NCBI GenBank assembly: GCA_022072225.1
Contig: JAJVIC010000002.1
Location: 469,086 to 533,085, forward strand
Origin: Bacteroidia bacterium
Lineage (GTDB): Bacteria; Bacteroidota; Bacteroidia; SXHM01
Length of the DNA stretch: 64,000 nt
Reading direction: 5' to 3'
This document shows positions 18,825 to 25,878 of the stretch, one piece after another. The notes beneath the pieces were generated by a model. That model ran no database searches and was not told where the DNA came from. It worked only from the letters and a program-made list of their open reading frames with translations. The translations under genes and the position numbers were made by a program. Numbering within the stretch: the first letter of the stretch is position 1; the number at the start of each line of letters is the position of its first letter.

Positions 18825-19709
18825 TTATTCTTTTGACTTTTTATTGGTTGTGCGGATTGCCTGTTCCAGCATATCCCACATTTCTTTAGGTATGTGACTG
18901 AACATGTTAAATTCTCCTCCGCCATAGAGCCATTCTCCTCCGTCAATGGTTACTACTTCACCATTTACATACGCTGAAAAATCAGAGACTAAATAAGCGG
19001 CAAGGTTTGCCAGTTCAGGTAATTCACCATAACGTCCCAACGGTATCTTTGTTTTCGGGTCCATCATTTTTGCTACTTCTTCAGGAAACAAGCGGCTGAA
19101 TGCGCCTTCGGTTGGAAATGGTCCGGGTGCAATGGCGTTCAAACGAATTCCGTTGCGGCCCCATTCTGCGGCTAAAGAGCGGGTCATGGCCAATACTCCT
19201 GCTTTTGCCATGGCCGAAGGAACTACATAGCCCGAACCGGTCCAGGCATAGGTTGTAACAATGCTTAATACATTGCCTTTTTGTTTTTCGGCTATCCATT
19301 TTTTGCCCAAAGCAAGCGTGCAGTTATAAGAGCCGCGCAATACAATGTCCACAATGGTATCAATGGCGCGGTGGCTCAAACGCTCGGTGGGACTTACAAA
19401 ATTTCCGGCCGCATTATTGACCAGCACATCAATCTTTCCGAATTTTTCAATTCCGGCATTCACCATTTTTTCTACATCCTCGTAGTTGCGTACATCACAC
19501 GAAAGGCCGAGTACATTGCCTCCTGTTTCGGCCTGCAATTCCTGCGCAGCCTTTTCTATTACGGGCAGTTTGCGGCTGGCAATAATTACGTTGGCGCCCA
19601 GCTCTAAAAAATATTTGCTCATGGCGCGGCCAAGTCCTGTGCCGCCTCCGGTTACTAATATGGTTTTTCCTTTCAGCGCATCATCGCGCAACATGCCTTG
19701 ATTATACAT
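18825..19709 (-). CDS. SDR oxidoreductase, 2,4-dienoyl-CoA reductase-like
   Basis: TGGGTGLG, NNAAGNF, SAMAKAGV, NAIAPGP, IDGG. Confidence 0.9.
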   Translation of the reverse strand: MYNQGMLRDDALKGKTILVTGGGTGLGRAMSKYFLELGANVIIASRKLPVIEKAAQELQAETGGNVLGLSCDVRNYEDVEKMVNAGIEKFGKIDVLVNNAAGNFVSPTERLSHRAIDTIVDIVLRGSYNCTLALGKKWIAEKQKGNVLSIVTTYAWTGSGYVVPSAMAKAGVLAMTRSLAAEWGRNGIRLNAIAPGPFPTEGAFSRLFPEEVAKMMDPKTKIPLGRYGELPELANLAAYLVSDFSAYVNGEVVTIDGGEWLYGGGEFNMFSHIPKEMWDMLEQAIRTTNKKSKE

Positions 19710-19765
19710 AATGGAGTTTTTGAGTTTAAGATTGGCAAAGCTAAAAATTAATACTTTTGAAATGA

Positions 19766-19807
19766 GAAGTCTGATGTTGGATGTCGGATGTTGGATGTCC
19801 GATGTTA
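19766..19807. repeat. Six tandem heptamers (GATGTYN)
   Basis: gaagtct gatgttg gatgtcg gatgttg gatgtcc gatgtta. Confidence 0.85.
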
Positions 19808-19809
19808 GT

Positions 19810-19834
19810 TGTCACTTCGAGCGTAGTCGAGAAG
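19810..19834 (+). repeat. 25-bp REP-like element, copy 4
   Basis: tgtcacttcgagcgtagtcgagaag, exact reverse complement of copy 3. Confidence 0.9.
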
Positions 19835-19856
19835 CATCATAAATTTTGTTACTATT

Positions 19857-20474
19857 ATGAAAAACAGAATAATCCTTTTACTGCTTACTGCCAACTGCTT
19901 ACTGCCAACTGTTCACGCGCAAAACAAGGCTGCTTTTGATTATTACAACCTGCGCAACAAAAAATCGCAGCGCGCCATGCACATAACACTGGCAAGCTGG
20001 AGCGTTGCCAACTTTGCCACTTCGTTGGCGCTGATGGACAACCGCAACGCACCTTACAACAAATATTTTTACCACATGAACATCTACTGGAATGTGGTGA
20101 ATGCAACCATTGCAGGCTTTGGTCTGGCCAATGTGTACCGCAAGGATCCGATAGCTATCGGATTTAATAACTACGACCTGCTTACCCTTAGCAACGGACA
20201 ACAGAAAATTGAACGCCTGATGCTGATGAATTCTTTTCTGGATGTGCTCTACATCGGCAGCGGTATGGCCATGGATTACTATTCGCCCCGATTGAAAAAG
20301 AACCCCGACCTGCTGGACGGCTACGGAAAATCAATGGTGTTTCAGGGGGCTTTTCTCTTGCTGTTTGATACCTCGTTTTACCTTATCTATAAAAGCAATT
20401 ACAAGCACTTTTCAAAAATGAGTTACTCCATGTCGGCTACGCCTTATGGCGTGGGGTTTAAGATGGTGTTTTAG
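19857..20474 (+). CDS. Hypothetical exported/membrane protein (DUF6992-like)
   Basis: WSVANF, MNIYWNVVN, LDVLYIGSG, GYGKS..FQGAFLLLFD pattern; ends in Phe. Confidence 0.75.
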   Translation: MKNRIILLLLTANCLLPTVHAQNKAAFDYYNLRNKKSQRAMHITLASWSVANFATSLALMDNRNAPYNKYFYHMNIYWNVVNATIAGFGLANVYRKDPIAIGFNNYDLLTLSNGQQKIERLMLMNSFLDVLYIGSGMAMDYYSPRLKKNPDLLDGYGKSMVFQGAFLLLFDTSFYLIYKSNYKHFSKMSYSMSATPYGVGFKMVF

Positions 20475-20530
20475 GATTGCTGCTTTTAGGGTTACACTGT
20501 TTTTTCACAATACCCTGTTCTCATCCGATA

Positions 20531-20711
20531 TTTATTAGATCTAATAAAACGCTATTCGTTTCTAATAAAATATTATTAGTTCTAATGGAAGGTTATTCGT
20601 TTCTGATAAAATTTTATTAATTTTTATAAAAGACTATTCATTTCTAATACAATTTATTAGTTCTAATAGAAGGCTATTCGTTTCTAATAAAGTTTTACTG
20701 GTTCTAATAAA
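20531..20711. repeat. Non-coding tandem array, ~4.4 copies of a 41-bp unit made of two ~20.5-bp subunits
   Basis: Units start at 20532, 20573, 20614, 20654, 20695; consensus ttattagttctaatagaaggctattcgtttctaataaaatt. Confidence 0.9.
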
Positions 20712-20819
20712 TTTTGACTTTTCTACCTGATTTTGGGAGTGTTAAAAAACTTTACCAACAGAAACAGTTGTTTAGGGATTAGTGTTTCGCATAAAACTTT
20801 AAGGTTTTTTTTTCTTAGC

Positions 20820-20853
20820 CTAATCTTTAAGCAGCTCCATATAAACAGGCAAA
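20820..20853 (-). pseudogene. Displaced duplicate 3' end of the EEP nuclease gene (LPVYMELLKD*)
   Basis: 20832-20853 is 19/22 identical to 21474-21495, which encodes LPIYMEL of the intact gene. Confidence 0.75.
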
Positions 20854-20856
20854 CTA

Positions 20857-21168
20857 CTATTTCAGTTGTTTCATTTTTTCGGGATTCTGCTGACAATCAA
20901 ACACCGATGAAATGGTGATTATATTGCTGTTTATCCAGTAAATGATTTTGTAGTTACCTTCCACTAAGTAGCGGAACTCTTCGGTATATTCTTTCAGTAG
21001 CTCTTCGCGTTGCCCTGCTTTCGGATTCTTTTCAAGAATAGTAACCCGTTCAGTAATCTTAGTTATAATTCGGGTTGCAACATTTTCCCCGGCAACTTCA
21101 TAGTAGTAATCAAAAATATTCTTCAGTTGATTTTCTGCAAGTGCAGACCAGAATATTTTTATTTCCAT
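20857..21168 (-). CDS. Type II toxin, RelE/ParE family
   Basis: IFWSALAENQLKNIFDY, P.AGQ, RYLVEGNYKIIY, VFDCQQNP. Confidence 0.9.
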   Translation of the reverse strand: MEIKIFWSALAENQLKNIFDYYYEVAGENVATRIITKITERVTILEKNPKAGQREELLKEYTEEFRYLVEGNYKIIYWINSNIITISSVFDCQQNPEKMKQLK

Positions 21169-21401
21169 GATTTTATTTTCTTCTTCAAATCGCTGTTGGA
21201 GATTACTCTTCCCTCTTTGCTGTCTTTTAAACTTTGGTCAATCATTTCATAAAAATCTTTGTGGCTCATAGGTTTTAACTCCTTTTCATAGATTTTTTTC
21301 TTCTCTTCTTTCAGATAGCCTTCTAATTTTGAAATGATTTTTTCATCAGTTACTCTGAGGAGTTCTTCAATAAAATTCAGTTTTCTTGTTTGCAGGTTCA
21401 T
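21159..21401 (-). CDS. Putative antitoxin
   Basis: 80 aa, directly upstream of and overlapping the toxin; ends SLKDSKEGRVISNSDLKKKIKSW; own -7 box at 21416-21423. Confidence 0.8.
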   Translation of the reverse strand: MNLQTRKLNFIEELLRVTDEKIISKLEGYLKEEKKKIYEKELKPMSHKDFYEMIDQSLKDSKEGRVISNSDLKKKIKSWK

Positions 21402-21464
21402 GGCTGTTGTTTTTACAAAAATAATGAATACTTTCTAACGTATCTCTTGCAGCATTTGAAATTA

Positions 21465-22493
21465 TTACCTTACCAACTCCATATAAATCGGCAAATGGTC
21501 GCTATACCCGCCAAAATATTTTTCGCCTCCGTAGGTGGCGTTGGGTTTGCTCTCCTGGGTTTCTTTGTTGGTATAGAGCATCCATTGTTCCTTTAAAATT
21601 TTAGCGGCATTGGGGTGTACATGCAAACCCTTTGGCGCCTTCAGTAATCCGTACGAAACAATAAACTGGTCCAGCATTCCCCAGTCGCCTTTGTAATTAT
21701 AAGTGCCCTCGTTTTTCTTTTCCAAAGCATAGGTAAGATTAAATAATCCGCTTGCTTTGTCTGCCTGCATAATTGTATCGGCCCCCAGTGTATTCACCAG
21801 GCTGATGTTATCGGGATAATCATTGAAATCGCCCATAATAACAATACGTGCGGCAGGCGAAGTTTTAAAAACAGAATCAACCGAGTGGCGCAAAACAGTT
21901 GCAGCGGCAATTCGGTTTTTTTCGCTTGCATCGGCTCCGCTTCTGCGCGAAGGCCAGTGGTTAAAAAACAAATGCAGCGTATCGGTTTTGCCTGCCATAC
22001 CTTTTACATACAGTATGTCGCGCGTGGGGTAGGGAGGCTCTTCGGGCAGGCCAACATACAGCGCTTTGCTGCTCAACACCGTAAATTTATTTTTGCGGTA
22101 CATCATCGCCACATCAATACTGCGCTTGTCAGGACTTTCATAATGCACCACCCCGTATTTTCCTTTTTGCAGTCTGTTGGTTGCAGCCAGAGCTTCCACT
22201 ACCGCTTTGTTTTCAATCTCATATAACCCGATTATTGCAGGCAGATTTTTTGCGTTGATAGTGGCAATTACTTTCGATAATTGTTCCAGCTTTTTGGCGT
22301 AGCGCTCAGCAGTCCATTTTTGTTTTCCAGCGGGAAGAAAATCTTCATCCTCTTTATCGGGGTCGTTAATGGTATCGAATAAATTCTCCACGTTGTACGA
22401 AAAGATGGTAAAACTTTTGTCCGAAGTTTTTTTCTCCTGTGCAAAAACGCCCGCGCTGAACAGAAGCAGGCTGTAAAAAAACAGTTGTTTCAT
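21465..22493 (-). CDS. Exported endonuclease/exonuclease/phosphatase family protein
   Basis: YNVENLFD, NHWPSRR, MGDFND, LDQF, GYSDHLP. Confidence 0.93.
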   Translation of the reverse strand: MKQLFFYSLLLFSAGVFAQEKKTSDKSFTIFSYNVENLFDTINDPDKEDEDFLPAGKQKWTAERYAKKLEQLSKVIATINAKNLPAIIGLYEIENKAVVEALAATNRLQKGKYGVVHYESPDKRSIDVAMMYRKNKFTVLSSKALYVGLPEEPPYPTRDILYVKGMAGKTDTLHLFFNHWPSRRSGADASEKNRIAAATVLRHSVDSVFKTSPAARIVIMGDFNDYPDNISLVNTLGADTIMQADKASGLFNLTYALEKKNEGTYNYKGDWGMLDQFIVSYGLLKAPKGLHVHPNAAKILKEQWMLYTNKETQESKPNATYGGEKYFGGYSDHLPIYMELVR

Positions 22494-22593
22494 AAGGCTG
22501 CAAAACTAATGTAAATGACAATTCACCTGCGCTATACAGTGTTAATATTTCGGGATTGTAATAATGTTAGCAATTGTGATTCATTAATTTTTT

Positions 22594-22675
22594 ACCACAT
22601 AGACACATAGGAGACATAGTGTTTTCACATAGAACTCTATGTGCCTTTCTTATGTGCTCTATGTGTCTATGTGGT
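22594..22675. repeat. 82-bp palindromic element built from CACATAG/CTATGTG units
   Basis: Perfect 17-bp terminal inverted repeat accacatagacacatag / ctatgtgtctatgtggt, plus inner hairpin cacatag-aact-ctatgtg. Confidence 0.9.
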
Positions 22676-22828
22676 TCAATAGTTTTGATGTTTAATTAAT
22701 AATTTCGTAATGTTTTGTTATCACAGTAGTGCCCTTATTTTTAAATCGAAATTTAATTTCACAGCCTTTTCATTTTTTAACATTTAATAGTAGGTTTGCA
22801 AGGCACAAACCACTCTGCGTTTTTTGTC

Positions 22829-25780
22829 ATGAAGAAACTCTTACTCGTTCTCACGCTCTTACTTTCTCACCTTCTCACCTTCTCACAATCCGGCTGCATT
22901 TCGGGCGATTGCAAAAACGGTGAAGGCACGTTTGTTTATCCCAGCGGTGAAAAATATACCGGTTCCTTTGTTGACGGAAAACGGGTAGGCAAAGGCGTCA
23001 GCATTTTACAGGACTTGCAGAAATACGAAGGCGACTGGGCGGGCGACAAGAAAAACGGCAAAGGAACTTTTACCTGGCCCAATGGCGAAAAATATGTAGG
23101 AGACTGGGTTGACGGCAAAAAGAACGGCAAAGGCGAGATGACTTATTTTGATGGCGAAACCTACAGTGGCGAGTGGAAAGACGACCAGCGCAGCGGAAAA
23201 GGAAATGCCACCTTTCCCGATGGCCGTAAGTACGAGGGCGATTGGGCTGGCGGACAAAAGAAGGGACAGGGTGTTATGACCTGGGCCGATGGAAGAAAAT
23301 ACGTGGGCGCATGGGACTTTAATCAGCAAAACGGACAAGGTGTTATGACCTGGGCCGATGGACAGAAATACGTGGGCAATTTCAGCAACGGAAAAGAATC
23401 CGGACAAGGTGTTATGACCTACATGGATGGACGCAAATACGAAGGCGAATGGGCGCGCGGTAAGCTGAACGGTACGGCTACCATCACCTGGCCCGATGGA
23501 CAAAAATATACAGGCGAGTGTAAAGAAGGCCGCCAGAACGGACAGGGAACCATGACCTATACCGATGGCCGCAAATACACAGGCGAGTGGAAAGAAGGCA
23601 AGAAAAGCGGAAAAGGAACCTACAATTACCCCAATGGTGATAAATATGAAGGCGACTGGAAAGACGATGCGCAAAACGGGCAGGGAACCTTCTACTACAA
23701 AACAGGCGAAAAATATACCGGAGAATTCAAAAACGATAAAATGAACGGGCAGGGAACCTTTACCTGGACTACTGGCGAAACCTATACCGGCACCTATAAA
23801 GACGACATACGTCAGGGACAGGGAACCATGACTTTTGCCAACAAATCATTCTTTACCGGTGAGTGGAACAACGGTAAAAACGGAAAAGGTCAATACTACA
23901 ATGCCGACAGCACCCTGTTTGAAGGCGAGTGGAAAGACGAATACCTTAGCATTCCCCAAATGGTAGCCGTTGAAAAACCGCAGCGCGATTCCATTTTCAA
24001 TCCTGCCTACACCGCCAAGGAATCAAGTGCCATTGAAATTGTGAAAATTGAAAACACTAAATCCAATACCATCGTTCATTTTCGTTACACCAATTACAAC
24101 GATGTGAAGTTTGAAGGCGGTTTTTGTATAGGCGACCAGTTCTTTATCCGCGATTTATATTCCGGTGCAAAGTATAAACTCATCAAAGCAAACAACATCA
24201 AGTATTGCCCCAATAAACAGGTAATGCAATACAAAGGTCTTACTCATGAATTCAGTCTGGTGTTTGAACCCGTTCCCGAAGTGGCTGAAAAAATTGACAT
24301 CATCGAAGACGAGAAAAAAGGTGGCTTTAACTTTTTCGGGGTAGATTTTACCACTCAAAAGCCGCAGGAAAAAGCACCTTCGAATAAAAATGCGGTGTAT
24401 GCCCACAAAGAAAATGTAGAGAAGAAAAAAGCCGAAGAAGAAGCCCGCGCCAAAGCAGAGCAGGCCCGTATTGAAGAAGAAAAGCGCGTAGCAGAAGAAA
24501 AACGCATTGAAGAAGAAAAGAAGGCTGCCGAGGTTGCCGCTGCCGCTGCTGCTGCCGAAGAGAAACGCATACAGGAAGAGAAACGTGTGGAAGAAGAAAA
24601 GCAGGCCGCTATTGTTGCTGCTGCAGCCGCAGCCGCTGCCGAAGAAAAGCGCATTCAGGAAGAAAAGCGCATAGAAGAAGAAAAGAAAGCTGCTGAAGTT
24701 GCTGCAGCCGCAGCAGCTGCCGAAGAAAAACGTATTCTGGAAATACAGAAAGCTGAAGAAGCTAAAAAAATAGCAGCCGCAGAAGCTGCAGCAGCAGCGG
24801 AACAGGAAAGGCGTGCAAAAGAAGAAGTACGTTTGCTGGAAGAAAAGAAAGCGGCTGAAGCTGCTGCTGCTGCTGCCAAAATGGAGCAGGAAAAGCGCGA
24901 TGCCGAAGCAAAGAAAATTGAGGAAGAAAAGAAAGCTGCTGCCGCTGCAGCCGCTGCTGCCAAACTGGAAGAAGAAAAACGTATTGCTGAACAAAACCGC
25001 ATTGAAGAGGAAAAGAAAGCCGCAGCTGCTGCAGCCGCTGCCGCCAAACTGGAAGAGGAAAAACGCATTGCTGAACAAAAGCGCATAGAAGAAGAAAAGA
25101 AAGCAGCCGCAGCCGCAGCAGCCGCTAAACTGGAAGAAGAAAAGCGTCTGGCCGAGCAGAAACGTTTGAAGGAAGAAGCTGATGCTAAAGCAAAAGCCGA
25201 GGCCGAAGCAAAACGCAAAGCCGAAGAAGCCCGTTTGGCCGAAGAAAAGCGTTTGCGCGAAGAAGCCGAAGCAAAAGCTAAAGCCGAAGCTGAAGCCCGT
25301 GCTAAAGCCGAAGCCGACCGTAAAGCAGCAGAGGAAGCTGCGCTGATGAAACAAATGGAAGAAGCCCTGAAACAGGCCGAAGCAAAACGCCTGCGCGAAG
25401 AAGCCGAAGCTGCTGCCCGCAAAAAAGCTCAGGAAGCAGCTCAGGCCGAGCAAGCCGAAAAATTATTTGACGATGAAGACAGAAAAAAACAATTTGCCGA
25501 TGCACAGGCAAAAGCTAAAAGTACAGGTCTCAGTGAAGCCGACCGCAGAGCGCAGTTCCTGAGCGACCTTGCCCGCATTTATCCGGAAGGATTAACCGAA
25601 GAAACATTGAAAGAAAAAGACTGCACCATCAAACGGTATGTAATGAACCGCTCAGGCAGCGTTACCGTTTATGAAAAGAAAACCTACGGATGGGGCGGTG
25701 TGTTTTATTTTAAGAACGGTGATATTTCGGTAACGCAATCCATTTACGAAACCGAAATTTTAAAATTCCTGAAGCCGTAA
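22829..25780 (+). CDS. Exported protein: ~15 MORN repeats, globular domain, long Ala/Glu/Lys helical stalk, WGGVFYF C-terminal domain
   Basis: Start MKKLLLV at 22829; GCISGDCKNG then 23-aa YxGxWxxGxxxGxG repeats; EEEKRI/poly-Ala blocks. Confidence 0.9.
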   Translation: MKKLLLVLTLLLSHLLTFSQSGCISGDCKNGEGTFVYPSGEKYTGSFVDGKRVGKGVSILQDLQKYEGDWAGDKKNGKGTFTWPNGEKYVGDWVDGKKNGKGEMTYFDGETYSGEWKDDQRSGKGNATFPDGRKYEGDWAGGQKKGQGVMTWADGRKYVGAWDFNQQNGQGVMTWADGQKYVGNFSNGKESGQGVMTYMDGRKYEGEWARGKLNGTATITWPDGQKYTGECKEGRQNGQGTMTYTDGRKYTGEWKEGKKSGKGTYNYPNGDKYEGDWKDDAQNGQGTFYYKTGEKYTGEFKNDKMNGQGTFTWTTGETYTGTYKDDIRQGQGTMTFANKSFFTGEWNNGKNGKGQYYNADSTLFEGEWKDEYLSIPQMVAVEKPQRDSIFNPAYTAKESSAIEIVKIENTKSNTIVHFRYTNYNDVKFEGGFCIGDQFFIRDLYSGAKYKLIKANNIKYCPNKQVMQYKGLTHEFSLVFEPVPEVAEKIDIIEDEKKGGFNFFGVDFTTQKPQEKAPSNKNAVYAHKENVEKKKAEEEARAKAEQARIEEEKRVAEEKRIEEEKKAAEVAAAAAAAEEKRIQEEKRVEEEKQAAIVAAAAAAAAEEKRIQEEKRIEEEKKAAEVAAAAAAAEEKRILEIQKAEEAKKIAAAEAAAAAEQERRAKEEVRLLEEKKAAEAAAAAAKMEQEKRDAEAKKIEEEKKAAAAAAAAAKLEEEKRIAEQNRIEEEKKAAAAAAAAAKLEEEKRIAEQKRIEEEKKAAAAAAAAKLEEEKRLAEQKRLKEEADAKAKAEAEAKRKAEEARLAEEKRLREEAEAKAKAEAEARAKAEADRKAAEEAALMKQMEEALKQAEAKRLREEAEAAARKKAQEAAQAEQAEKLFDDEDRKKQFADAQAKAKSTGLSEADRRAQFLSDLARIYPEGLTEETLKEKDCTIKRYVMNRSGSVTVYEKKTYGWGGVFYFKNGDISVTQSIYETEILKFLKP

Positions 25781-25787
25781 TAATTGC

Positions 25788-25878
25788 CGTCATTGCGAGG
25801 GAGGAACGACCGAAGCAATCTCAGAATTAAAGCACTGCATTTGTTTTTAAGATTGCATCGCTAACGCTCGCAATGACG
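25788..25878. repeat. 91-bp palindromic REP/MITE-like element between convergent genes
   Basis: 12-bp perfect terminal IR cgtcattgcgag / ctcgcaatgacg; inner gcaatct / agattgc pair. Confidence 0.9.

Noticed and set aside
20531..20711. Possible CRISPR array
   Set aside because: Units are contiguous and degenerate with no unique spacers; no cas genes in the window
24155..25453. Long antisense ORFs (432, 255 and 99 aa; also 23006-23674)
   Set aside because: Shadows of the low-complexity or repetitive sense gene; Phe/Ser/Ala-rich with no protein-like features
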